Below, piece by piece: positions 44,006 through 53,847 of a stretch of DNA of 64,000 nucleotides (position 1 is its first letter; every line of letters begins with the position of its first letter). Location: NCBI GenBank assembly GCA_037134895.1, contig JBAXLI010000013.1, positions 8,668 to 72,667 of the forward strand. Direction: 5' to 3'. The position numbers and the translations under genes were made by a program. The notes beneath the pieces were generated by a model. The model was given only the letters and a program-made list of their open reading frames with translations, was not told the DNA's origin and did not search any database. The stretch is from Bacteroidota bacterium. Its GTDB lineage: Bacteria > Bacteroidota > Bacteroidia > Bacteroidales > FEN-979.

Positions 44006-46507
44006 ATGGATCAGGATGAAAAAAACACAGTAAAGTCTGAGAACCTGAATGACATCAGGGTTGAAGAGCTTTTCGACCTTGACGACATTCAGCGGATGCA
44101 GGATTTATTCTCAGGAGCTGCTGGCGTTGCGTCATTGATTACTGCTGTTGACGGAAGACCATTGACAAGGCCCAGTAATTTCTGCAGGTTTTATACAAAC
44201 TATATCCTGACTCAGGAAAACGGTCTGACCAAAAACTTCAGACTTCAGCCCCAGGATGAACCACTTTCGGCATCTTTAAAAGAAAAGACTATTTCAAACG
44301 ACCATGGGTTTCTTGACGCCATTGCCCGGATAACAGTGAGAGGATGCCATGTGGCCAATTGGCTTATCGGCCAGGTGCGGACCAAAGATGTGAATTTGCA
44401 ATGGATGATGGAATTCTCCGATAATCTCGGGGCCGACCGTAACAAAGTCATTGAGGCTTTGAATGAAGTCCCGGTGATGACGATACAACAATTTGGAAAG
44501 GTGTCGGAGATGCTTGTCGCCTTTGCCAATGAGCTTGCACGAAACGCAACTGCCACCCAGTTGCTGAAACTTCAGGTTGCCGAGAAGGAGAAAGCAGTTA
44601 AATCACTTAACGAAAGTTTCCAGAGGAACAAAGCACTTCTTGATGCCATTCCCGACCTGATATTTATGTTTGATTCTGACGGCAGGTTTTTAGATTTCCA
44701 TGCCGAAAAGACTGATACTTTATTTGTCGACCCGGAGTTTTTCCTAGGAAAAAAGCCCGATGAAGTTCTCCCACATGAGCTTGCCATGCTTGCTAACAGA
44801 AGCATTAAAGCAGTGCATGAAAGTGGCAAACCTGATTATTGGACTTATAAGCTCGAGATAAGGGGCGACCTCCGCTATTACGAATCCAGAAGCGTTCCAT
44901 ACAGTAACGGGCAGGTGTTATGCATTGCCCGCGACATCACCGATCTGAGGAGATCCACAGAGCAGAAGAGAGAGAGCGAAGAAAGGTACCTGACTGTATT
45001 AAATGCTTCTCCCGATAATATCACGATAACCGACCTTGAAGGAAGAGTCACAATGTTCTCACCGGTTGCGATAAAGATGTTCGGTTATATCCATGAAGAA
45101 GACTATTTAGGTCACCCGGTCTTTGAGTTTATCCATCCCGAACACAGGGAACGTGCAGCCAATAATGTTGCGCTTATGTTTCAGGGAACTATGACTGGTC
45201 CGGCAGAATACCTGGGCCTTCGCAATGACGGCAGTACGTTTTATATTGAGGTAAACGCAGAGTTCATCCGCGGAGCAGATAAGCTTCCAAAACAGATTGT
45301 ATTTATCTGCCGTGATGTTACTGAGCGGAAAAATGCAGAGCTCAGGCAGGCAGAGATGTTTATTAAAATTGAGGAAGCGCGCGAAAAAGCCGAAGCCGGG
45401 AATCGTTTGAAAACTGCTTTCATGAATAATATCTCGCATGAGATCAGGACTCCGCTTAATGGAATCCTTGGTTTTACCGACCTGGTCACACAGCCTGATA
45501 TTAGCGAAGAGGAAAAGGAGAGGTTTTGTTCACTTATTAAAGCGAGCAGCAACAGGCTTCTTGGCACTATCACAAATTACATGGATATCTCCCTTATTGC
45601 TTCCGGGACCACGGAGGTTAAGAGTAAACCATTTAATCTGAACCGCTTTCTGAATCTCTTATTTGAACAATCAAAGCCTGTCTGCAATGAGAAGAACCTG
45701 GATCTCAGGCTTAAAATCCCTGTCCAGGCTAAAGCAGTGATCATTGACTCCGATCCTGAAATCATCCACAAGATAATGTCGCACCTGATTGATAATGCTG
45801 TCAAATTCACGCAGAGGGGAGAAATTTCATTTGGCTATGAGTTAAATAAAGGGATCTGTACATTGTTTGTAAAAGACAGCGGGATTGGAATCGGTAAGGA
45901 TTCACTTTCAGCCATTTTTGAGAGTTTCGTACAGGAAAAACTCTCATCCACAAGCGGCCATGAAGGCAGTGGTTTGGGATTATCGATTGCACAGGGAATG
46001 GTTAACCTGCTTGGGAGCAAGATAGAAGTTGAGTCAGAAAAGCATTCAGGTTCAAGGTTCTTTTTTAAACTTCCATTCAATGAATCTGCAGATGAACAAT
46101 TAAGCAAGCCTGCTGTCAATCACGCAATGACTTCTGCAAGGTCTCAACTCATCCTTATTGCTGAAGATGACGATGCAAATTTTGAATTAAGTCATGCTAT
46201 GCTCCGGAAAAGTAATGTGAAAGTTATAAGGGCAAGGAACGGTTCAGAAGCTGTCGCTCAATGTCGTGCCAATCCTGAAATTTCACTGGTTCTTATGGAT
46301 CTTAAAATGCCGGGACTGGATGGCTTGCAGGCCACCCGCGAGATCAAGTTGTTCAGAAAATCTCTCCTGATTATAGCAATCACTGCCTTTGCCCTCAGCG
46401 GCGATGAAAAAAGAGCTATTGAAGCAGGTTGCGACGATTATATTGCCAAACCCGTCGTGAAGGAAGTTCTGCTCGGAAAACTTAGAAGATACGGCATCGG
46501 TATGTAA
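44006..46507 (+). CDS. Hybrid sensor histidine kinase/response regulator with N-terminal PocR-type sensor domain
   Basis: PocR-like N-terminus (LDDIQRMQDLFSGAAGVASLITAVDGRPLTRPSNFCRF), two PAS regions, H-box FMNNISHEIRTPLNGI, HATPase (GSGLGLSIAQ) and a C-terminal REC domain (LIAEDDD...DLKMPGLDG). Confidence 0.85.
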   Translation: MDQDEKNTVKSENLNDIRVEELFDLDDIQRMQDLFSGAAGVASLITAVDGRPLTRPSNFCRFYTNYILTQENGLTKNFRLQPQDEPLSASLKEKTISNDHGFLDAIARITVRGCHVANWLIGQVRTKDVNLQWMMEFSDNLGADRNKVIEALNEVPVMTIQQFGKVSEMLVAFANELARNATATQLLKLQVAEKEKAVKSLNESFQRNKALLDAIPDLIFMFDSDGRFLDFHAEKTDTLFVDPEFFLGKKPDEVLPHELAMLANRSIKAVHESGKPDYWTYKLEIRGDLRYYESRSVPYSNGQVLCIARDITDLRRSTEQKRESEERYLTVLNASPDNITITDLEGRVTMFSPVAIKMFGYIHEEDYLGHPVFEFIHPEHRERAANNVALMFQGTMTGPAEYLGLRNDGSTFYIEVNAEFIRGADKLPKQIVFICRDVTERKNAELRQAEMFIKIEEAREKAEAGNRLKTAFMNNISHEIRTPLNGILGFTDLVTQPDISEEEKERFCSLIKASSNRLLGTITNYMDISLIASGTTEVKSKPFNLNRFLNLLFEQSKPVCNEKNLDLRLKIPVQAKAVIIDSDPEIIHKIMSHLIDNAVKFTQRGEISFGYELNKGICTLFVKDSGIGIGKDSLSAIFESFVQEKLSSTSGHEGSGLGLSIAQGMVNLLGSKIEVESEKHSGSRFFFKLPFNESADEQLSKPAVNHAMTSARSQLILIAEDDDANFELSHAMLRKSNVKVIRARNGSEAVAQCRANPEISLVLMDLKMPGLDGLQATREIKLFRKSLLIIAITAFALSGDEKRAIEAGCDDYIAKPVVKEVLLGKLRRYGIGM

Positions 46508-46545
46508 TTTCTAACCCTCTAACCCCGGTTAACAGGAAAACTTTT

Positions 46546-46926
46546 ATGCTCAGATTGGTTCTCATTATAGGCAGCGGCAGTTTTGCAGGAGGCGTGGCCA
46601 GGTTTCTGATGTCGAGGTATATTCATAACATTACCGACAGCAGTTTCCCTCTTGGGACTTTAACTGTGAACATCCTCGGGTGTTTTTTAATAGGTATTTT
46701 TTATGGCATTTCGGAAAGGGGCAATTTTTTCAGTCCTGAAATGCGGATGTTTCTGACAGTTGGATTTTGTGGTGGATTTACGACATTTTCATCCTTTGCC
46801 GCCGAAAACATGGTACTTCTTAAGGATGGAAATATCCTGTATTTTTCACTCTATACCGGCCTCAGCGTATTTCTGGGCCTGATTGCAGTATTCATGGGAA
46901 ACATGGTTATCAATAAAATGCTTTGA
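46546..46926 (+). CDS. crcB: Fluoride ion channel CrcB
   Basis: 126 aa with 4 TM segments. Motifs GSFAGGVARF, GTLTVNILGCFLIG and GFCGGFTTFSSF. Confidence 0.9.
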   Translation: MLRLVLIIGSGSFAGGVARFLMSRYIHNITDSSFPLGTLTVNILGCFLIGIFYGISERGNFFSPEMRMFLTVGFCGGFTTFSSFAAENMVLLKDGNILYFSLYTGLSVFLGLIAVFMGNMVINKML

Positions 46927-46929
46927 TAT

Positions 46930-47283
46930 ATGGAGATCCTCGGAGAAGGCAGGCTTTTAAAAATTTTTATCAGTTCCACCGACATGTTCAGGCACAAGCC
47001 TTTATACGAAGTGATAGTGTATGCCGCTAAAAGATACGGACTATCAGGGGCAACTGTTCTTAAAGGATTTATGGGTTATGGCTCAAGCAGTGTTGTTTAT
47101 TCGATGAGGCTTTGGGAAATTTCCGAAAAGCTGCCTGTCGTTATCGAGATCATTGACGAAGAAGCGAAAATCGACGGGTTCCTCGAGACAATCCTTCCAT
47201 ATTTTGAGAAGGTACCTAAAGGAGGATTGATCACTGTTGAAAAAACAACAGTTATCCTGCACAAAACCGGAGGCGTCAAATAA
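46930..47283 (+). CDS. DUF190 (PII-like) protein commonly paired with crcB
   Basis: LKIFISSTDMFRHKPLYEVIVYAAKRYGLSGATVLKGFMGYG...PVVIEIID. Begins 4 nt after crcB. Confidence 0.75.
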   Translation: MEILGEGRLLKIFISSTDMFRHKPLYEVIVYAAKRYGLSGATVLKGFMGYGSSSVVYSMRLWEISEKLPVVIEIIDEEAKIDGFLETILPYFEKVPKGGLITVEKTTVILHKTGGVK

Positions 47284-47330
47284 TCCGTGTCCAGATGCAA
47301 CTAAGTTTAGGCATCAGATACCGGTCCTCA

Positions 47331-49238
47331 TCACAACTGTTTCCTGCCAAAATAATGTCTCCAGTCGAAACCCAGCCTTAATCCCACGAACCAGACCGTC
47401 CTCACCTCAGGTGCTACAGTACTATTTTCGGGGAGGACCACTTTTACCTTACCAGGAATATCAAACCCGCCGAAAATCTGAACAACCAGGCTTGCTGTCT
47501 GATTGGTTGAGAAAGTATGGAATGGCCGGTATTCCACTATTGGAAATTCAAGCTGTGTTGATCTCATGGCAATGAGGGCCTGGTCAGGCAGGTCATTCAC
47601 AGTCATAGGCATAATATACCTGTCAGGATCCTTGGGGAATCCGTACAGATAAACCCCAACTTCCCTTCCCAGGATAAACTGGAACCTCCCGATCGAAGTG
47701 ACAATACCTGATTGCCAGGGGATCAGCCCTCCATTAGCGGCAGTTGTGACCATTTTATTCATTGAGTTCTTGTCGAACAGGTATAGAAAAGGAGCAATCA
47801 GCAGGAGGTCTCCTGGTATTAGGTAGAAGGGGAGCCTCAGGCGAAGAAAGAATGCATCCCTGCTGGGGATGGCCGAGAGTATGCTTCCGTATTGCTTCAG
47901 GTCGGGGTCTGATTCGAGTTTCATTGAAGAGGCCCCGTCCTGCCTCCATCCGAAGTCGAGAAATATTAGTCCATCCCCTGCTTCATTCAGTACACCTTCT
48001 AATCCCAGGCCTACCCTGACAGCAAGCCCCAGTCCTCCAATCATACCTGCCTGGTTCTGCAGTGATCCGAAACCGCTGAAAACCGGGAACGCTCTTGCAT
48101 CGGCTGTAAGCCCAATGAATGGCCCAACCTCGGCCCTGAACCTTGGTAATTGCCCGAGACCTTTTGCCAGTCCCGGAACCGCGGTCGGAAGCAGTATGTT
48201 CTTGTACCAGTCTGCCGAAATGGTATCAATCTTGCGCGAAGGCATGTAATTTGTTGTTGACACATTGAATGTGTCAGGTGTGCTGGGTACAACTTCGGAG
48301 GTCCGGAGAAAGATCCTGCCTCTGCCGGATGCCGCATCGATGATTTCCTCAAGGCTTTTACGAATGGTAATAGCTGCAGTCTCTGCATCTTCAGGTCTCA
48401 TATAGGCATCCCCCATAAGGACCATCTTATGGCCATCCCAGGTTGAAACTTCAAGTCCTTTTTCATCATAATAATCATGGGTTCCTTTTCTCTGTGCTGC
48501 ATTCCCCCATGTTCCGGCCACATGCCCTGATGCAAACATATCCTCAAGAAAATGGATTGCGAATGCTTCATCAGCTAAAGCAGAAAGAATCAACTCTGAA
48601 GATTGCGCTCCCTTTGCTGTGTCTTGTGCGTACTTTTCGGCTTTTAACAAAGCGCTTATATGATACCAGCTATAGGTACCCATGGCATTAAGCTCACAGC
48701 CCGGGGCGAGGCAGGTATTGAAATACTGATCGAGCATTGTATTTACATCAGGCCGGGCAAGCATGAAGTGCACATTATTGGAACCCGCCCTGGTAACGTA
48801 TTCGGGGTCGACACGAAGCAGTTTCAGGTCCGAATCCCTTAGTTTATTAAGTCTTTCACTGTTGTCTCTTGCAGTTGCAATGCCATATTTCAGCTCAGCT
48901 GCCACATCAGAAACCTTCATAATCCAGTTTGTCTCAAGGATATTATGCAGCATATTGGCAGATGAGGTTGAATGGTCTCCTGCAATACCAGGCCAGGATG
49001 CGTAATCAAGATAATTTTGTGTAAGCGAAAGGCTTGTATCAATTGATAATGGATAAAGCCTTAACTCATGCCCTTTACGTGCAATTGCCCAGAACTGCTC
49101 AAGTGCAGAACGATGAGCCGGATCCATCTTCCGAATAGCAAGAACAGCGATGTCCCTGTGCTCAGGATAGATCCACCCGAGAACATAACTATTCGAAAGA
49201 AGTAGTAGAAATATTCCAAGTGACACTTTTTTTAACAT
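47331..49238 (-). CDS. Secreted protein with an N-terminal zinc-phospholipase-C/P1-nuclease-like motif set and a beta-rich C-terminal half
   Basis: Predicted signal cleavage leaves an N-terminal Trp (VLG/WIYPEH). HFLEDMFASGH has the same H-x3-D-x5-H spacing as the HYLGDVNQPMH zinc site of Bacillus PLC (from memory). The C-terminal ~300 aa are Gly/aromatic beta-like. Confidence 0.45.
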   Translation of the reverse strand: MLKKVSLGIFLLLLSNSYVLGWIYPEHRDIAVLAIRKMDPAHRSALEQFWAIARKGHELRLYPLSIDTSLSLTQNYLDYASWPGIAGDHSTSSANMLHNILETNWIMKVSDVAAELKYGIATARDNSERLNKLRDSDLKLLRVDPEYVTRAGSNNVHFMLARPDVNTMLDQYFNTCLAPGCELNAMGTYSWYHISALLKAEKYAQDTAKGAQSSELILSALADEAFAIHFLEDMFASGHVAGTWGNAAQRKGTHDYYDEKGLEVSTWDGHKMVLMGDAYMRPEDAETAAITIRKSLEEIIDAASGRGRIFLRTSEVVPSTPDTFNVSTTNYMPSRKIDTISADWYKNILLPTAVPGLAKGLGQLPRFRAEVGPFIGLTADARAFPVFSGFGSLQNQAGMIGGLGLAVRVGLGLEGVLNEAGDGLIFLDFGWRQDGASSMKLESDPDLKQYGSILSAIPSRDAFFLRLRLPFYLIPGDLLLIAPFLYLFDKNSMNKMVTTAANGGLIPWQSGIVTSIGRFQFILGREVGVYLYGFPKDPDRYIMPMTVNDLPDQALIAMRSTQLEFPIVEYRPFHTFSTNQTASLVVQIFGGFDIPGKVKVVLPENSTVAPEVRTVWFVGLRLGFDWRHYFGRKQL

Positions 49239-49360
49239 AAATACGGGATATCAGTTTAAGAAAATAAAGATAGCAAATCCGGACTAACTGGTATTTTTAT
49301 ATTTTTGTGATGGTTATTAAATTTTGTAAAAATCCGGATATTGATTTTCATACCTGATTA

Positions 49361-52015
49361 ATGGAATACGCACCTGGAATGTTTGACGAGCAAACTGACA
49401 TTATAATCGGAGGAATTCAGTTTTCTGACCTCTTTGACCTTAATGAACTTCAGAAAATCCAGGATCTTTTTTCGGATGCCACAGGCGTTGCTTCAATTAT
49501 TACAAGGCCCGACGGAACACCAATCACCAGACCCAGCAACTTTTGCAGGCTTTGTAACAATATTATCCGTCAGACCGAAAAAGGATTACATAACTGCTTC
49601 AAATCAGATGCCGTGATCGGGCGTCAAAGTACTTCCGGACCTGTTATCATGCCATGCCTGAGCGGAGGCTTATGGGATGCAGGAGCCAGCATTACTGTCG
49701 GAGGCCAGCATGTTGCGAACTGGCTTATTGGCCAGGTCAGGAACCAGGAGCTGGATAAAGAGAAGATCCTGCATTATGCCGATGAGATCGGTATTGAGCG
49801 TGCTGTTTTCATGAATGCCCTGGAGGAAGTCCCTATGATGTCACTGGAGCGGTTTACAAAGATCGCCCACATGCTTTATGCCTTTGCCGCAGAACTGTCG
49901 TCAAAAGCATACCAGACCAAGAAGCTTGAGCAGTTCATAGGTTTCAGGCAGCAGGCTGAGAAAAGCATTTCACGGCTTGAAAGTCGTTTCAGGGCACTTA
50001 TTGAGAATTCTACCGAAGGAGTTGTACTTGTAAGCGCCGGGGGAAAATTTGAATATGTGAGCCCGACGGCCCTTAGACTTTTCGGATATGCTTCCGATGA
50101 CATATTACACAGTGATCCTGATGCAATGACACATCCGGAGGATTTACCGATGGTTCTTCAAACCCTGAATTACCTGCTTCAGAATCCATTAAAAGTTCCA
50201 ACAATACATTACCGCTTCAGGCATCGTGACGGGAGGTGGATCTGGATTGAGAGTACCTTCGGAAACATGCTTCATATTCCTGAAATCAATGCTATTGTAA
50301 TTAACTTCAGGGATATTTCTGAACGTAAGCGCAGTGAGAAGATCCAGGAGATACAATATAATATTGCGAGTGCAGTGGTCACTTCGGGAAATCTCGAAGA
50401 GCTTCTCACTATTGTGCGCCGCGAATTAAACCAGGTCATCGATACTACAAATTTCTTTATCGCGCTTTACGACAAGCAAAAAGACATGCTTTCGAAGGCG
50501 ATATGGGTTGATGAGAAAGATGCCTACACCCGATGGAAAGCCGAAAACTCGTTGTCGGGCCAGGTTGTGAGGAAAGCCCGCACAATATTACTGAACAGGC
50601 AGCAGATCAGAGAATTTGCCGTAACTGAGAATCTGAACCTTATCGGCACAACTGCCGAAAGTTGGCTTGGTGTTCCCTTATGGCAGTCGGGACAGGTGGC
50701 AGGAGTCATGGTTGTCCAAAGCTACACCGATCCTCAGGCATATGATAAAAGCAGTGCCGCGCTCATGGAACTGATCGCCCATGAGTTGAGCATTTTTATT
50801 GAAAAGAAAAAAACTGAAGACGAGCTGGTCAGAGCGAAAGAAAAAGCAGAAGACAGCGACAGGCTGAAATCGACTTTTCTTGCAAACATGTCGCATGAGA
50901 TCAGAACACCCATGAATGCGATTATTGGTTTCTCTGGTATGATTGCCGATTCGGACCATTCTCAGGATGAAAGGATCAAATTCGCCAACATAGTACAATC
51001 CAGGTCAGACGACCTGATGCATATCATCAATGACCTGCTTGAGATATCACGCATTGAATCAGGGAATGCAACTGTAGTCAAAGGAACAGTTGTTCTTAAT
51101 GACCTTATCGATGACCTTGAATCTGAGTTCCGGAGAAGGATTCTTCTGAACAAGGCTGAAACTATCAGGCTGATTGCCGATAAGCCGCTTGACTCTGCTC
51201 AGACCAGGATCTTAACCGACTCGTATATCCTGAAACAGGTATATTCAAACCTGGTCGAGAATGCGATTAAATACACTGATTCGGGTCATATCATTTTCGG
51301 CTACCGCCCGCCTGAGAATGGCACCATCACCTGCTTCGTGAAAGACACCGGGATCGGGATCTCCCCCGAAAACCAGGCTGTGATCTTTGAACACTTCAGG
51401 CAGGCCGACATTTCGGATCCTCACCGTTACGGAGGAACAGGCCTTGGCCTGGCAATCTGCAAAGGCTCGCTGGAACTTCTCGGCGGGACGATCTGGGTTG
51501 AATCCAAACCAGGTGCAGGAAGCACGTTTTACTTTGCATTTCCTTTTGAACCTGCCCCGGCACAGGAGCACAAGCCGGCTCCGAAAGGTATTCAACTTAA
51601 AAAAACACCCGGTTATTCATGGAAAGGCAAGAGGTTGCTGATCGTTGAAGACGAAAGTGCAAATATGGAATTCCTGATGATCATCCTCAGGAACACTGGA
51701 GCCGAAACTGTAGGCGTTACATCAGGCGCAGAACTCAGGAAACATTACAACTCTCTACATTTGTTTGATCTTGTGCTTCTGGATGTGAGATTACCGGATG
51801 CAAACGGATGGGAACTGGCAAGTGAAATCAAGGCGGTCAGACTTGATATCCCGGTTATCGCGCAAACCGCATTCGCCATGTCAGGCGACAGAAGAAAAAG
51901 CGAGGAAGCCTCCTGTGACAATTACATTTCAAAGCCTATTGCCAAACATGCCTTGCTTAAGATGCTCGACGGCTACCTTGATGACGGAGTCAACAAATCC
52001 ACTATTCCTGCCTGA
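49361..52015 (+). CDS. Hybrid sensor histidine kinase/response regulator with PocR, PAS and GAF domains
   Basis: PocR-like N-terminus with Cys motif (LNELQKIQDLFSDATGVASIITRPDGTPITRPSNFCRLCNNIIRQTEKGLHNCFKSD), then PAS and GAF (WLGVPLWQSGQVAGVMVVQSY), H-box FLANMSHEIRTPMNAI, HATPase and REC. Confidence 0.85.
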   Translation: MEYAPGMFDEQTDIIIGGIQFSDLFDLNELQKIQDLFSDATGVASIITRPDGTPITRPSNFCRLCNNIIRQTEKGLHNCFKSDAVIGRQSTSGPVIMPCLSGGLWDAGASITVGGQHVANWLIGQVRNQELDKEKILHYADEIGIERAVFMNALEEVPMMSLERFTKIAHMLYAFAAELSSKAYQTKKLEQFIGFRQQAEKSISRLESRFRALIENSTEGVVLVSAGGKFEYVSPTALRLFGYASDDILHSDPDAMTHPEDLPMVLQTLNYLLQNPLKVPTIHYRFRHRDGRWIWIESTFGNMLHIPEINAIVINFRDISERKRSEKIQEIQYNIASAVVTSGNLEELLTIVRRELNQVIDTTNFFIALYDKQKDMLSKAIWVDEKDAYTRWKAENSLSGQVVRKARTILLNRQQIREFAVTENLNLIGTTAESWLGVPLWQSGQVAGVMVVQSYTDPQAYDKSSAALMELIAHELSIFIEKKKTEDELVRAKEKAEDSDRLKSTFLANMSHEIRTPMNAIIGFSGMIADSDHSQDERIKFANIVQSRSDDLMHIINDLLEISRIESGNATVVKGTVVLNDLIDDLESEFRRRILLNKAETIRLIADKPLDSAQTRILTDSYILKQVYSNLVENAIKYTDSGHIIFGYRPPENGTITCFVKDTGIGISPENQAVIFEHFRQADISDPHRYGGTGLGLAICKGSLELLGGTIWVESKPGAGSTFYFAFPFEPAPAQEHKPAPKGIQLKKTPGYSWKGKRLLIVEDESANMEFLMIILRNTGAETVGVTSGAELRKHYNSLHLFDLVLLDVRLPDANGWELASEIKAVRLDIPVIAQTAFAMSGDRRKSEEASCDNYISKPIAKHALLKMLDGYLDDGVNKSTIPA

Positions 52016-52064
52016 TAAAGAAGCAAAAAATAACAGTACTTTTGCTGTCTTAAAAAAGTTTCGC

Positions 52065-52586
52065 ATGTATACAAAAACTTTCAAACAGCTTGTATTTTTC
52101 ATTTTTGCTATTCTGATATTTCAAAATCTTTCAGCCCAGACGGCCAGGATCAGGGTGGGTACATTCGACTCGAGACTTGTAGCCCTTGCTTATTACAATT
52201 CGAAAGACTACGATAAATTCATTTCTGATTTCAACCGGCAGTATAAAGTTGCAGAATCAAAGAAAGATTCAGTTACTATTAAAAAAATGCTGGTCAGGGG
52301 ACCTGTTTTGCAGAGGATGATGAACGACAGGATCTTCGGTAAAGGCTCAATCAATCTTATCCTTGATAACTATAAAGACAAGCTGGATGCTATTGGAAAA
52401 GCCAATAATGTGATCATGGTAGTTTCAAAATGGGAGGTCGGGTATAAAACTCCTGGGTTAGAATTCGTTGACCTCACCTGGAAGATCATGGCCATTTGGA
52501 ACCCAAGTGAACAGGTCATCAAATGGGCTAAAAACGGAGAAAAAGAGCTCCCGATCAAAGATGCTATCTTCGATAAAGTCGATTAA
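52065..52586 (+). CDS. Secreted hypothetical protein
   Basis: Signal peptide from MYTKTFKQLVFFIFAILIFQNLSAQ. The track ORF start (51798) overlaps the kinase gene and is rejected. Confidence 0.5.
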   Translation: MYTKTFKQLVFFIFAILIFQNLSAQTARIRVGTFDSRLVALAYYNSKDYDKFISDFNRQYKVAESKKDSVTIKKMLVRGPVLQRMMNDRIFGKGSINLILDNYKDKLDAIGKANNVIMVVSKWEVGYKTPGLEFVDLTWKIMAIWNPSEQVIKWAKNGEKELPIKDAIFDKVD

Positions 52587-52588
52587 AT

Positions 52589-53233
52589 TCAGGGAGCCAG
52601 TATTTCGGTAATCCAAACCTTCCCCGATTTCCTGTAAAGAATCCTTTCATGCAGGCGGTTTTCCCTCCCGGTCCAGAACTCCATCCTATTGGGTATAAGG
52701 ACGAATCCCCCCCAGTTGGCCGGCCTTTTCGGTTCATTCTGATTGAGGTCCCGTTGAAAAGCTTCCGCCATAGCTTCAATGAACAACCTGTCGGGGATCA
52801 CAGCACTCTGTGGTGAGACACTGGCGCTGATGCGTGAGCCAAGCGGACGTGAATTGAAATAATTGTCGGAGATCCTTGAAGGACATTTTTTTATGTTTCC
52901 TTCAATCCTGACCTGCCGGTAAAGCCCGGGCCAGTAAAACAACAGGGAGGCATTGGGATTTGATAAAATCTCTATGCCTTTACGACTCTCGTAATTGGTG
53001 AAAAAGCAGAACCCTGAGGGGAGAACATCCTTATAGAGCACCATCCTCAATGATGGCTTCCCCTGGATGTCAGCAGTAGCAAGGGCCATTGCCTCAGGTT
53101 CATGTTCTCCTGATGATTTCGCAAGATGATACCATGATCTGAACAGTTTCAACGGATCCGCAGGTTGTTTTTCACCTGTAATGTTCTGCTGGATTCCTGG
53201 AAGTGATGACTTTATAATGGCTTTTGTTTTCAA
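52589..53233 (-). CDS. pdxH: Pyridoxamine 5'-phosphate oxidase
   Basis: PSLRMVLYKDV, FCFFTNYESRKG, LLFYWPGLYRQVRIEG, NYFNSRP and WGGFVLIPNRMEFWTGRENRLHERILY motifs. Confidence 0.9.
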   Translation of the reverse strand: MKTKAIIKSSLPGIQQNITGEKQPADPLKLFRSWYHLAKSSGEHEPEAMALATADIQGKPSLRMVLYKDVLPSGFCFFTNYESRKGIEILSNPNASLLFYWPGLYRQVRIEGNIKKCPSRISDNYFNSRPLGSRISASVSPQSAVIPDRLFIEAMAEAFQRDLNQNEPKRPANWGGFVLIPNRMEFWTGRENRLHERILYRKSGKVWITEILAP

Positions 53234-53306
53234 TGTATATTCTGCCTTTGAAAATTAAACCAAAAATAATTAATTCCTATCTTTACACAAATTTAAATTT
53301 CCTGGC

Positions 53307-53798
53307 ATGACCAATAAAATCACCAAACCGGAACTCAGTGAAATCAAGGAAAAGAACAAAGGCAGCCGTTCATATACCAATGGTGAGATCACTGTATACT
53401 GGAGACCTGATCATTGCATTCATTCTGCAAACTGCCTGATTGGGTTGCCTAAGGTGTTCAACAACACGGTCAGGCCATGGATCAACCCCCAGGGTTCAAC
53501 AAGTGATGAGATTATCAGGGTTGTAAACACATGTCCTTCAAGAGCGCTTACGTATATGAAAAACTGTGGCAGTGCGGCTTCAGGCACTGAAAAAGCGCAG
53601 CCTGCCAGGGAGCCCGAAGTTAAAATTCAGATCCTTAAAAACGGGCCTGCACTTATCCGTGGCAACTATATCATTACCGGCACTGACGGCACTGAGATCA
53701 AATCTCCTAACCAGGTTGCCGCCATATGTCGTTGCGGAGCATCCAAAAAGAAGCCTTTCTGCGACGGAACCCATCATAAAATAGGATTCATTGACTAA
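53307..53798 (+). CDS. Iron-sulfur protein: divergent 4Fe-4S mono-cluster (DUF1271-like) domain fused to a CDGSH domain
   Basis: ITVYWRPDHCIHSANC...CPSRAL in the N-terminal half. CRCGASKKKPFCDGTH (CDGSH 2Fe-2S motif) in the C-terminal half. Confidence 0.7.
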   Translation: MTNKITKPELSEIKEKNKGSRSYTNGEITVYWRPDHCIHSANCLIGLPKVFNNTVRPWINPQGSTSDEIIRVVNTCPSRALTYMKNCGSAASGTEKAQPAREPEVKIQILKNGPALIRGNYIITGTDGTEIKSPNQVAAICRCGASKKKPFCDGTHHKIGFID

Positions 53799-53847
53799 AA
53801 TATGCTTCTTCCCGGCAGAAGGCATATAGCAGCTAAATTTAGAATTT

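Noticed and set aside
46508-46545. Fluoride riboswitch (crcB motif) upstream of crcB.
   Set aside because: Only 38 nt separate the kinase stop from the crcB ATG. That is too short for the ~60-80 nt riboswitch, and I could not find the conserved pseudoknot core there.
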